The translations under genes were made by a program, and so were the position numbers. Below, one piece after another: positions 7,224 through 15,827 of a stretch of 41,135 bases of DNA. This DNA is from Candidatus Uhrbacteria bacterium RIFOXYA2_FULL_40_9 (GTDB lineage: Bacteria > Patescibacteriota > Patescibacteriia > UBA9934 > GWF2-40-263), in the NCBI GenBank assembly GCA_001791615.1, contig MGEY01000054.1, positions 1 through 41,135 of the forward strand, read 5' to 3'. Numbering within the stretch: the stretch's first letter is position 1; the number at the start of each line of letters is the position of its first letter. Under the pieces are notes generated by a model. That model did no database searches and was not told the origin of the DNA. It saw only the letters and a list, made by a program, of their open reading frames with translations.

Positions 7224-9799
7224 TGACGATTTTTCAATTTGGCCTTGAGGCAACTGCACAAACTCCACCAATAACAACGATGGCTGGAGGAAATTTTAGT
7301 ACGCTTGTGATACCGATCCTTTTGATCGTTTTCATTGGCGTATTTCTTTTTTTCTGCGCGCTTGGATTACGTTCAGTTTTGCGGAAACGTCATATGATCC
7401 GAACTGCTACATTCGAGAATATTCTTCTTCTCGTGACTCTTCCAAAGTTTCGTCGTGAAGAAGAAAGTGAGAGAGGACCAACAAAAGAACAAGTACAAGA
7501 TGCGGTTGCAGCTGCAGAAACCTTGTTTTCTTCCGTGGGAGGCTTGAGTGCTCCAAAAAAATTGAAAGTATTAAAATCTTGGCTTTTTGGTCGTTCTGAT
7601 GAGTTTACGTTTGAAATAGTGATTCATAAAGGATTGATTAAATTTTACATTTCGATTCCTCGTACTCTTCAAAGCTATTTTGAACAACAACTCTCTGCGG
7701 CATACCCAGATGCTCATTTGGAACAAGTAGAAGATTACAATTTATTTGGGCCAAAAACGAAAGTCGTGGGGAGTTACATGATTTTTAAGCGTGAAAGTGC
7801 TTTTCCTATTAAAACCTATCAAGATCTTGATCGTGATCCTCTGAACGCGATTACAAATGCCTTTTCAAAAGTACCAACAGGTGATGGAGCTGCTTTTCAG
7901 TTTGTCCTGCGATCCTCTCATCCTCGATGGCGTCGTCGAGCAGTTGATATTGCACGCAATATGCAACAAGGAATGAAAGTAGGGGATGCGATGCGCAGGC
8001 GTGGAATCAAAAAGTTTAATCTATTTGAAATAGCTGGATTGAAAGAGAAAACAGAAGAGAAGAAGGATTATCGACTTTCTCCACAAGAAGAAGAACTCGT
8101 TAAAGGATTAGAAAGCAAAGCAAGTAAATCTGGAATGGATGTCTGTATTCGTCTTGTGGCTTCTTCAGAATCTGCAACCAATGCACAGAGCATTTTGGCA
8201 AACATGATCAATGCGTTTTCTCAATTCAATATTTATGAATATGGGAATTCTTTTAAGAAAAAAGTTCCACGTAGAAATCGAAAGTTAGTGAGAGGATTTA
8301 TCTATCGTTCTTTGGATGAACGAAGAAAAATTGTTTTGAATTCAGAAGAAATGGCAAGCCTCTGGCATCTTCCTCTTCCTTGGACGGAAACCCCAAATAT
8401 TAAATGGCTTGGCGCACGACGTGGGGCTGTTCCTTCAAATGTGCCAAAAGGGCCACAAGATGGAGGAACCATTGAACTCGGGTTTAACATGTATCGTGGG
8501 GTGAAAACGCCTGTGTGGATGAAAGAAGTGGATCGTTCTCGCCACATGTACATTATTGGAAAGTCTGGTACAGGAAAATCTCAACTTATTGCGCGTCTTG
8601 CGACACAGGATATTTGTGCTGGGCATGGCGTTGCAGTGGTGGATCCTCACGGAGATCTAACAGAACAGATTTTGGGAAATATTCCAAAAGAGCGCATTGA
8701 TGATGTGATATATTTTTGTCCAGCAGATCTTGATAGACCGATGGGTCTGAACATGCTTGAAACCAAAGATCCCTCCATGAAAGATTTTGCGGTTCAAGAA
8801 ATGATTTCTATTTTTTACAAGCTTTTTCCACCAGAAATGATTGGTCCGATGTTTGAGCACCACATGCGTAATGTGATGTTGACGCTGATGTCAGATCCAA
8901 AAAATCCGGGTTCTTTGATTGAGATCCCTCGTATTTTTTCTGATGAGTCTTTTCAAAAAACTTGGCGCGCGCGGGTGAAAGATCCTGTGGTACAATCGTA
9001 TTGGGTGAATGAAGTTGATAAAACTTCAGATTTTCACAAATCTGAAATGCTCGGTTATCTCATTTCAAAAGTAGGACGCTTTGTAGAAAATGAAATGATG
9101 CGAAACATTATCGGACAGGCTCATTCTTCTTTTGATTTCCGTGAAGTCATGGATAAAAAGAAAATCTTGCTTGTGAATCTTTCAAAAGGAAAAACAGGAG
9201 ATGTAAACGCAGAGCTTTTGGGAATGATTATTGTGACAAAATTACAAATGGCTGCTCTTGGACGTGCTGATATGCCAGAATCAGAACGTCATGATTTTTT
9301 CTTGTACATCGACGAGTTCCAGAACTTTGTTACTGATTCCATTGCCACAATTTTGTCAGAGGCGCGTAAATATCGTTTAAACTTGATCATTGCTCACCAG
9401 TATATTGGTCAGCTTGTGAAAGATGGAAAAACAGAGATTCGCGATGCTGTGTTTGGAAACGTGGGAACGAACTTTGTTGCACGTATTGGTCCAGAGGATG
9501 TAGAAACCTTGGAAAAAATCTATTCTCCTGAGTTTTCTGGGTATGATCTTATTAACTCAGACAAGTTTACGTGGTATGTAAAGATGATCGTGGACAACTC
9601 TCAAATAAAACCATTTACCCTCAACTTTGAAATGTTTCCAAAAGGGGATGCTGAGCTTGCAAAAGCAATTAAAGAATTGTCACGACTTAAGTACGCGCGC
9701 GCGCGAGATATTGTGGAAGAAGAAATTATGGAACGCGCACAACTTGGTGTGATGGATCAAGGTTCAAAACCACCAGAGCTTGGTCTTTCTTCAAGATAA
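7220..9799 (+). CDS. Membrane-anchored VirD4/TraD/TraG-like (type IV coupling protein-like) P-loop ATPase
   Basis: N-terminal TM helix, Walker A GKSGTGKS (8558-8581), Walker B FFLYIDEFQNF (DE at 9311-9316), followed by RKYRLNLIIAHQYIGQL, which is typical of FtsK/TraD-type coupling ATPases. Confidence 0.75.
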   Translation: MMTIFQFGLEATAQTPPITTMAGGNFSTLVIPILLIVFIGVFLFFCALGLRSVLRKRHMIRTATFENILLLVTLPKFRREEESERGPTKEQVQDAVAAAETLFSSVGGLSAPKKLKVLKSWLFGRSDEFTFEIVIHKGLIKFYISIPRTLQSYFEQQLSAAYPDAHLEQVEDYNLFGPKTKVVGSYMIFKRESAFPIKTYQDLDRDPLNAITNAFSKVPTGDGAAFQFVLRSSHPRWRRRAVDIARNMQQGMKVGDAMRRRGIKKFNLFEIAGLKEKTEEKKDYRLSPQEEELVKGLESKASKSGMDVCIRLVASSESATNAQSILANMINAFSQFNIYEYGNSFKKKVPRRNRKLVRGFIYRSLDERRKIVLNSEEMASLWHLPLPWTETPNIKWLGARRGAVPSNVPKGPQDGGTIELGFNMYRGVKTPVWMKEVDRSRHMYIIGKSGTGKSQLIARLATQDICAGHGVAVVDPHGDLTEQILGNIPKERIDDVIYFCPADLDRPMGLNMLETKDPSMKDFAVQEMISIFYKLFPPEMIGPMFEHHMRNVMLTLMSDPKNPGSLIEIPRIFSDESFQKTWRARVKDPVVQSYWVNEVDKTSDFHKSEMLGYLISKVGRFVENEMMRNIIGQAHSSFDFREVMDKKKILLVNLSKGKTGDVNAELLGMIIVTKLQMAALGRADMPESERHDFFLYIDEFQNFVTDSIATILSEARKYRLNLIIAHQYIGQLVKDGKTEIRDAVFGNVGTNFVARIGPEDVETLEKIYSPEFSGYDLINSDKFTWYVKMIVDNSQIKPFTLNFEMFPKGDAELAKAIKELSRLKYARARDIVEEEIMERAQLGVMDQGSKPPELGLSSR

Positions 9800-9810
9800 T
9801 ATTTTGTTTT

Positions 9811-10464
9811 ATGAATTTGTTTGAAGATACACAAGAAGAATGCAAAGAGGTTTATTTAGATGAAACAGAATCGTTTACTCCTGAACCTCTCATGGACATC
9901 ATGACTGAAAAAGAAGATGCAGATATGCGTCAGGTTTTAGCATTACAGATGTTAAAACACGTTCAAGAAAATTTAGGACATGCTATTGAACTGTTAGAAA
10001 ACGGACAACTTGTAGATGCTCAAACAATGCTTGCACAGCTCGTGACAGAAAAGACCCAACTTCAAAGGAAAAAAGAAGCCCTTTCTGGGGACAAGGTATT
10101 GGAAGGAGTTTTTGATGGACGTGGTATGGTTGGTTCTGATGGGAGTATTTATGAAGTGCCACAGAATTATGCATCAAAATCTCGTTTAGTTGAGGGGGAT
10201 GTGTTGAAGCTCATTGTTCGTGCAAATGGGGAGCATATTTATAAGCAAATCAAGCCTATTGAACGTCGACGTGTTATTGGATCTTTACTTTTTGATGAAG
10301 TGGATAATCGTCATGTTGTCGTGGTGGGAGACATCACGTATCATGTGCTCGATGCCAGTGTAAGTTATCATCGCGGAGGACCCGGAGATGAAGTTGTCTT
10401 AGTGATTCCAAAATCTGGTAAATGTCGGTTTGGCGCCGTGGATGCGATCAATAAGAAACGATAA
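9811..10464 (+). CDS. Hypothetical protein (acidic N-terminus, beta-rich C-terminal half)
   Basis: 217 aa, starts 11 nt after the ATPase gene on the same strand. No motif I can name. Confidence 0.6.
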   Translation: MNLFEDTQEECKEVYLDETESFTPEPLMDIMTEKEDADMRQVLALQMLKHVQENLGHAIELLENGQLVDAQTMLAQLVTEKTQLQRKKEALSGDKVLEGVFDGRGMVGSDGSIYEVPQNYASKSRLVEGDVLKLIVRANGEHIYKQIKPIERRRVIGSLLFDEVDNRHVVVVGDITYHVLDASVSYHRGGPGDEVVLVIPKSGKCRFGAVDAINKKR

Positions 10465-10548
10465 GCCTTTTGGTGATCTTGTTATATAAAGGATTGAACA
10501 ATACAAAAAAAAGGGGGGTGGAAGCCGTCCTCTTTCTATTCAAAAAAT

Positions 10549-12141
10549 ATGAATCAAGCCCTCTATCGAACGTATCGACCACAAACTTTTGCTTCTATTT
10601 CTGGGCAAGAGCATGTGGTGACAACTCTGAAAAATCAAATACTTTCAGGGAAGGTTGCGCATGCGTATTTGTTTACCGGACCAAGAGGAGTAGGGAAGAC
10701 AACGATTGCGCGACTGATTGCAAAAGTTGTGAATTGTGAACATCCAGAAGGAGGTGAGCCATGTAATCAGTGTGATGTTTGTACAGAAGTTGCAAAAGGT
10801 TCGGCTTTAGACATTTTTGAGATAGATGCAGCTTCTCATACTGATGTTGAAAATGTCCGTGAAAATATTATCAAAAGCGTTCGTTTTGCTCCGAATCGAT
10901 TCAAGTTCAAGGTGTACATTATTGATGAAGTTCACATGCTTTCCACTTCTGCTTTTAATGCGCTTTTGAAAACACTTGAGGAACCTCCTTCGCATGCCAT
11001 TTTTATTTTGGCTACCACAGAAATTCACAAAGTTCCACAAACGATTATTAGTCGTTGTCAGAGATTTGATTTTAGACGCATTCCAATCAAGGCCATGATA
11101 GATCGACTTGCAGGAATTGTAGAAAAAGAAGGGATTGAAGTTAATGAGGAGGTTTTGAGTGAAATTGCTCGCCACTCAGATGGATGTGCTAGAGATGCAG
11201 AGAGTTTGCTTGGACAAGTGCTTGCCATTGGAGAGAAAAAGATCACCATGAAAGAAGCTTCTTTAGTGCTTCCTGCAACAACGCATATTTTGGTTTTAGA
11301 TTTTCTTGAAGCCTTGCTTAAAAGAGATACTAGGCAAGGTGTTCATTTAATCAATACCTATCTTGAACAAGGGATTGATTTACGTCATTTTATTGAAGAT
11401 ACTATTGATCTTTCCCGCATTCTTCTTCTTGGAATGATTGGAGAAATGAAGCAGGCATCAGAAGCTTTTGATGAAACAACGCAAGCGCGACTTCAATTTT
11501 TTTCTTCTTTTACAACGATCTCTTTTATTTCTTTAATGATTGAATCTTTTTTGGAAGCAAAAAAGTTGATGAAAATTAGTCATATTCCTCAACTCCCGAT
11601 TGAACTTTCAATTTTAACGTGTTGTCAAAATAAAGAGGTCGTGCAGACATCAAAAGTAAATGCTCTTCCAATGAGAGGAGATTCTGTTTCATCTGAAAGA
11701 ACAGAAGTACTTAAACAAGTTCAAAACAAAAAAATACCTTCAGAAGAGATTCCTTTAGAGCAAGAGGTTGTTAAAGAAGAGGAGATTAAAGAAGAAACAA
11801 GAGAACAAAAAGAACCTGCACAAATTCCTGTATTTTCTCTTGAAGAAGTGCGACGTCGTTGGCCAGAAGTGTTTAAACAAGTGAAAGAATGCCATGCTTC
11901 TTTGCCTTTTGTCATGGAGTCTGCTTCGGTGTCCTCTATAAATGGAAATGAGCTTGAGCTTGATTTTAAGTATTCTTTGTATGCGGATACGATCAATCAG
12001 GAAAAGAATCGGAGTTTGATTGAGAAGATTGTGGAAAAGGTATACGGAGTCCATATGCGTATTCGAGCACGTTATGTTTTGGCTGAGGCTGATGAAGTTG
12101 CTGCTGATTTGATTGAAGAGTTTGGAGGAATTATGGTGTAA
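10549..12141 (+). CDS. dnaX: DNA polymerase III subunit gamma/tau
   Basis: MNQALYRTYRPQTF, GPRGVGKTT, a Zn module (CEHPEGGEPCNQCDVC), IIDEVHMLS and SRCQRF. Confidence 0.95.
   Translation: MNQALYRTYRPQTFASISGQEHVVTTLKNQILSGKVAHAYLFTGPRGVGKTTIARLIAKVVNCEHPEGGEPCNQCDVCTEVAKGSALDIFEIDAASHTDVENVRENIIKSVRFAPNRFKFKVYIIDEVHMLSTSAFNALLKTLEEPPSHAIFILATTEIHKVPQTIISRCQRFDFRRIPIKAMIDRLAGIVEKEGIEVNEEVLSEIARHSDGCARDAESLLGQVLAIGEKKITMKEASLVLPATTHILVLDFLEALLKRDTRQGVHLINTYLEQGIDLRHFIEDTIDLSRILLLGMIGEMKQASEAFDETTQARLQFFSSFTTISFISLMIESFLEAKKLMKISHIPQLPIELSILTCCQNKEVVQTSKVNALPMRGDSVSSERTEVLKQVQNKKIPSEEIPLEQEVVKEEEIKEETREQKEPAQIPVFSLEEVRRRWPEVFKQVKECHASLPFVMESASVSSINGNELELDFKYSLYADTINQEKNRSLIEKIVEKVYGVHMRIRARYVLAEADEVAADLIEEFGGIMV
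11559..11593 (+). other. Candidate -1 programmed frameshift site in dnaX (A_AAA_AAG plus stem-loop)
   Basis: The heptamer is in X_XXY_YYZ register (codons GCA AAA AAG at 11557-11565). The -1 frame reads GTT GAT GAA AAT TAG (stop at 11577-11579). An imperfect 12-position stem (10 pairs) spans 11565-11593. Confidence 0.35.
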
Positions 12142-12168
12142 AAGAAGGGTGATGGAATCATTATTCCA

Positions 12169-12197
12169 TTGACGCTTCACACTATTTTTGTTATCTT
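12169..12197 (+). promoter_or_regulatory. Sigma70-type promoter TTGACG-17-TATCTT (TGt extended -10) for the tRNA-Gln transcription unit
   Basis: TTGACG at 12169-12174, a 17-nt spacer, TATCTT at 12192-12197. Confidence 0.5.
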
Positions 12198-12215
12198 TTC
12201 GTGGTTCATATTTTA

Positions 12216-12264
12216 GTTCGCTCGGAAATGCCATGAAGCAAGCTTCAGTCATTTCGCTCACTCA
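12216..12264 (+). repeat. 49-nt direct repeat, copy 1
   Basis: gttcgctcggaaatgccatgaagcaagcttcagtcatttcgctcactca is identical to 12309-12357. It contains an internal hairpin: GAAATG..TGAAG caag CTTCA..CATTTC. Confidence 0.9.
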
Positions 12265-12308
12265 GTAAACAAAAGCTCCCGGATATCGTCTTCGACGATA
12301 TTCCGGTC

Positions 12309-12357
12309 GTTCGCTCGGAAATGCCATGAAGCAAGCTTCAGTCATTTCGCTCACTCA
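12309..12357 (+). repeat. 49-nt direct repeat, copy 2 (ends 1 nt before tRNA-Gln)
   Basis: Perfect copy of 12216-12264. Confidence 0.9.
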
Positions 12358-12358
12358 C

Positions 12359-12432
12359 TCCCGGATCGTCTAACGGCAGGACACCAGTTTCTGGCACTGG
12401 TAATCGGGGTTCGAGTCCCTGTCCGGGAACCA
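12359..12432 (+). tRNA. tRNA-Gln (anticodon CUG), CCA encoded
   Basis: Hand-folded cloverleaf. Acceptor TCCCGGA/TCCGGGA, D stem GTCT/GGAC, anticodon stem CCAGT/ACTGG with loop TTCTGGC, T arm CGGGG-TTCGAGT-CCCTG, discriminator A plus CCA. The U1-A72 pair is typical of bacterial tRNA-Gln. Confidence 0.85.
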
Positions 12433-12434
12433 AC

Positions 12435-12464
12435 AAAACCGTCTGTCTCACACAGGCGGTTTTG
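12435..12464 (+). terminator. Rho-independent terminator after tRNA-Gln
   Basis: CCGTCTGT ctcac ACAGGCGG (8 bp with one G-T pair) followed by TTTT. Confidence 0.6.
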
Positions 12465-12600
12465 TAATAGGATAAACGAAAAAACAGTCTGAGGTTTTAT
12501 TTACCCCCAAGCAGAACGAACGGCTTTTTGTTATACTATTCTCAGGCCAAGTAGTTAGTTTATCAATCAAAATTATTATACCCTTTAAATCTCTTTATTT

Positions 12601-13818
12601 ATGTCGCGATATATTTATGCCCTTGGAGGTGGAATAGTGACCATTGCTATCCTTTTGCCACTTTTGTACTTATTTCAAACAGGAGCTTTCTCCTTTTTGT
12701 CTTTTGATAAGGATGTTTACACAGATCTTTCAACAAACGGTTTCGGGGAACTTTTATCTGATGAGGAATCGTTTGCAGAGGCAAGTCGCAGTATTTTAGA
12801 AGAAGAAGCCACAGGATTCGGTGGAGGAGGTGTGATGAGTGATGCAAAAGAAATTGCTCCCTATCCTTATATTTCAAAAGCTTACGCTTATCATTATGAA
12901 GGCAGTTATCCACTTAGTGATCTTTCAAATAAAGTTTACCGACAAGTCACAGAAGATCTTTCACTTTATTCTTTAGAGGCACAAATCAAAAAAACGACAA
13001 TCGGAAACTTTTCGTTTTCTTATTTAGATCAGCCAAAGATTCAAAACATCATGGTGAGTGAAGACAAAGAAAATGGGTATAGCCTTCAGGTTGATGCTTT
13101 GTATGGCACGGTTTATCTCACAAGAAATTGGCAATCTTGGGATGAATCAGATGTGCATGAAGCGATGACACTTGATCAAATACCTGCGAATGAGGAAATT
13201 ATTATGGTCGCTCAGACGTTTTTACAAGAGTATGGCATCGACATTTCCTCTTATGGAAACCCTGTCGTGCAAGATGAGTGGTTTAATTTTGCTTCCGGAG
13301 TTGATGGATATATTCCAGAAATTATTGGGGTTGTTTATCCGAGAGTTATTGAAGGAGTTGAAGTATGGGATCTTTATGGTTCTCCCACGGGATTATTAGT
13401 GTATGTGAATGTTCGTACAGGAACGATTGATTCAGCAAATTGGAGTATTGGTCATTCTTTCGAACGATCTTCTTACGATCTTGTTTCTGAATTGGATGAA
13501 GTTAGTTCCCTCATTGAACAAGGGGGTCTTTATCAATATCAATATGAATTTGCAGATGTGACGTACGATATTACTTTAAGTGAACCTACTTTTGTTCTTG
13601 CACAATACACACAGTACAAAGGAAATGAGTTTTCTACTCTTTATCTACCTGCTCTTGCTTTTCCTATAAGTGAAAAACCAGAAGGGGCAGAAATCTTTTC
13701 TGATCATGTTGTTGTCCCATTAGTAAAAGAGTTTCTTTCAGAGTCCGGAAATGATCGTTATCCAATTTTGTTAGAGGAGGGAGTAAGAGAAGTAGATGTT
13801 CCAGTTATTTCACCTTAA
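12601..13818 (+). CDS. Secreted/membrane-anchored hypothetical protein
   Basis: 405 aa with an N-terminal TM/signal anchor (GGIVTIAILLPLLYLF) and a hydrophilic remainder. TGtTATACT lies at 12529-12537 upstream. Confidence 0.65.
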   Translation: MSRYIYALGGGIVTIAILLPLLYLFQTGAFSFLSFDKDVYTDLSTNGFGELLSDEESFAEASRSILEEEATGFGGGGVMSDAKEIAPYPYISKAYAYHYEGSYPLSDLSNKVYRQVTEDLSLYSLEAQIKKTTIGNFSFSYLDQPKIQNIMVSEDKENGYSLQVDALYGTVYLTRNWQSWDESDVHEAMTLDQIPANEEIIMVAQTFLQEYGIDISSYGNPVVQDEWFNFASGVDGYIPEIIGVVYPRVIEGVEVWDLYGSPTGLLVYVNVRTGTIDSANWSIGHSFERSSYDLVSELDEVSSLIEQGGLYQYQYEFADVTYDITLSEPTFVLAQYTQYKGNEFSTLYLPALAFPISEKPEGAEIFSDHVVVPLVKEFLSESGNDRYPILLEEGVREVDVPVISP

Positions 13819-13850
13819 GAGAAATCATATTTCAAAACCTAATCTTGAAT

Positions 13851-13889
13851 AAAAAAACACCTTCGTTTGGCGAGGGTGTTTCCTTTTTT
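13851..13889. terminator. Bidirectional terminator between convergent genes
   Basis: A7 - ACACCTTCG tttgg CGAGGGTGT (9 bp) - T-rich run. Serves 12601-13818 (+) and the rimK-like gene (-). Confidence 0.75.
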
Positions 13890-14783
13890 TTATTTCGTTG
13901 CAACTTTGATTGCGTAATCTACAATCGCACCAGCAATACTGACATTTGTGGTTTTTTGTAATTCTTCAAAGCCTGGATTAGCATTTACTTCCACGACAAC
14001 AGGTCCTTCTTTTGTATACATGAGATCAATCCCACCAATTTCTAACTGATATTCTTTTGCTGCTTTTAGAGCGAGGTCTCGCTCTCTATCGGAAAGTTGA
14101 TAAGTAGCTCCGGATCCACCATTTGAAGTATTTGTTCGAATGTCTCCAGGAGGAGCCGTGCGCTCCATGGAGGCAATCACTTTGCCATCAACCACGAATA
14201 CACGAATATCTTTTCTATCCGCATCTGCAAGAAATTCTTCGACAATAATAGGCATGGCATTACGAGAAGTAAGATAATCTGCCACAGGTCGAAGGACTTC
14301 TTTACTATCTGCATAGAACACTCCGCGACCAAAAGATCCAAAGGAAACTTTGAGAACAACCGGAAATCCAATTTTGTCAGCAGCTAACATGATTTCACTG
14401 GTCCGCTTGGCAATAGCCCAACGTGCCATAGGCAATCCATTGGTGAGTGAAGTCACATGTTGTTCTAGCTTATTTTTTGCGTACCAGTAACTAGGCCAAG
14501 AATTGATGATGCGATATCCTGCCTGTTCAAGGAGTTGGGCTGGGTAGGCATGAGAACTGGGATCTTCCAAAAAGTTGGGTCGAGCAATAATGACATCGAT
14601 TTTTTCAAGAGGTTCACCATTATGGGTGATCACTAGTTTGCCGTCTGTTCGAATAAAAGCAAGTTGAGGGGTGTAGAGACGAACAGGGACATGTCCTTTT
14701 GCTTCAATCGTCGCAGCGATTTCTTCCACAAACGCATATTTTGCAAATTGTGGATCGGAAAAGGCAAGGATTCCAATCTTCAT
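13890..14783 (-). CDS. RimK-family ATP-grasp ligase
   Basis: 297 aa with ATP-grasp features (FPVVLKVSFGSFGRGV, IVEEF, GGIDLMYT..GPVVVEVNANPGF). Confidence 0.8.
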   Translation of the reverse strand: MKIGILAFSDPQFAKYAFVEEIAATIEAKGHVPVRLYTPQLAFIRTDGKLVITHNGEPLEKIDVIIARPNFLEDPSSHAYPAQLLEQAGYRIINSWPSYWYAKNKLEQHVTSLTNGLPMARWAIAKRTSEIMLAADKIGFPVVLKVSFGSFGRGVFYADSKEVLRPVADYLTSRNAMPIIVEEFLADADRKDIRVFVVDGKVIASMERTAPPGDIRTNTSNGGSGATYQLSDRERDLALKAAKEYQLEIGGIDLMYTKEGPVVVEVNANPGFEELQKTTNVSIAGAIVDYAIKVATK

Positions 14784-14795
14784 AGATACAATTCA

Positions 14796-15779
14796 TTAAT
14801 TAGCCAGTGTATTTAGCATTTCTTTCAGTAAATCGTCAAGGTTTGTAAGGCTTGTGATGGTGTGCAAACGCTCACGAAATTGTTTTGCTCCAGGTATTCC
14901 TTTGAAATACCACGTAAGATGTTTACGAAAGGTTATTATTCCGTGTTCCCCTTGATTTTCGATTTGGAGACGAACGTGTTTTTGAACAAGGTGTACACGT
15001 TGCTCAAGAGTTACTGGTGTCAGAGGCTTCCCTGAAAGTAATTCATCAATTTGTAAAAAAATCCAAGGATTTCCTAAAGCACCACGAGCAATAGTAATGC
15101 CATCACATTCTGTTTCTTGTAAAGCCTGAAGGGCTAGCTCGGCAGAAGTAATGTCTCCATTGGCAATGATCGGGAGAGAAACATTTTTTTTGGCTTGCCG
15201 AATAATATCCCAATTTGCTTTACCTGAATACCCTTGTGTTTTTGTACGACCATGGATAGTGATCAGGTCTGCTCCAGCCTCTTCAAGAACACGAACAAAT
15301 TCAAGACACTCTGTTTCTTGAGACCAACCTGTTCGAATTTTTACAGAGACGGGAAGAGAGATTACTTGTTTGATGGCTTTTACGATTTTTGATGCTTTTT
15401 CTGGTTCTTTCATGAGTGCTGCTCCATTGAAGTTCTGGGTCAGTTTATGCACTGGGCAACCCATATTTATGTCAATTCCTTCTGGATGATTATTTTCTTC
15501 AATCAATGTAGCTGCGCGAGCCATGACCATAGGATCACCTCCAAATATTTGTTGAATCACTGGACGTTCCTGAGAATGAATTTTTGTCATTTTCCAAGTC
15601 TTTTCATTTTCTCGAACAATTGCTTCTGAAGAAACCATTTCTCGAAAAATAATCGGAGTTGTTGACAGAGATTTAACCACGCGACAAAACGAAGAATCTG
15701 TCATATCTGCCATTGGGGCCAAAGCAATCAGAGGTTTTGAATGTGTATTCCAAGAAAACATAACCCAAAGAGCATACAT
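14796..15779 (-). CDS. tRNA-dihydrouridine synthase (Dus family)
   Basis: LAPMADMTDSSFR-like N-terminus, DINMGCP and TIHGRT motifs. Lies 12 nt upstream of the rimK-like gene. The start could be the downstream ATG at 15761. Confidence 0.88.
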   Translation of the reverse strand: MYALWVMFSWNTHSKPLIALAPMADMTDSSFCRVVKSLSTTPIIFREMVSSEAIVRENEKTWKMTKIHSQERPVIQQIFGGDPMVMARAATLIEENNHPEGIDINMGCPVHKLTQNFNGAALMKEPEKASKIVKAIKQVISLPVSVKIRTGWSQETECLEFVRVLEEAGADLITIHGRTKTQGYSGKANWDIIRQAKKNVSLPIIANGDITSAELALQALQETECDGITIARGALGNPWIFLQIDELLSGKPLTPVTLEQRVHLVQKHVRLQIENQGEHGIITFRKHLTWYFKGIPGAKQFRERLHTITSLTNLDDLLKEMLNTLAN

Positions 15780-15810
15780 GGTTTAGGAACTTTTTTCCAG
15801 AGTCTAATCT

Positions 15811-15819
15811 TGATATACT
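15811..15819 (+). promoter_or_regulatory. Extended -10 (TGaTATACT) 8 nt from the start codon
   Basis: TATACT at 15814-15819, ATG at 15828, no SD. Confidence 0.45.
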
Positions 15820-15827
15820 GAACATCT

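Noticed and set aside
10505-10518. A8G6 homopolymer pair in the dnaX upstream region as a possible phase-variation tract.
   Set aside because: It is non-coding and lies between a candidate promoter and an essential gene. With a single sequence there is no way to see length variation.
11755-12261. 168-aa minus-strand ORF spanning the dnaX 3' end and the first 49-nt repeat.
   Set aside because: It overlaps the well-supported dnaX C-terminus in antisense. It begins inside the repeat only by chance (MSEMTEACFMAFPSE is the reverse translation of the repeat).
12216-12357. Could the 49-nt direct repeats, or the 20-nt repeats at 37971-38034, be a CRISPR array?
   Set aside because: There are only two 49-nt copies, and their 44-nt spacer derives partly from the adjacent tRNA. 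The 20-nt units are contiguous with no spacers. No cas genes are in the window.
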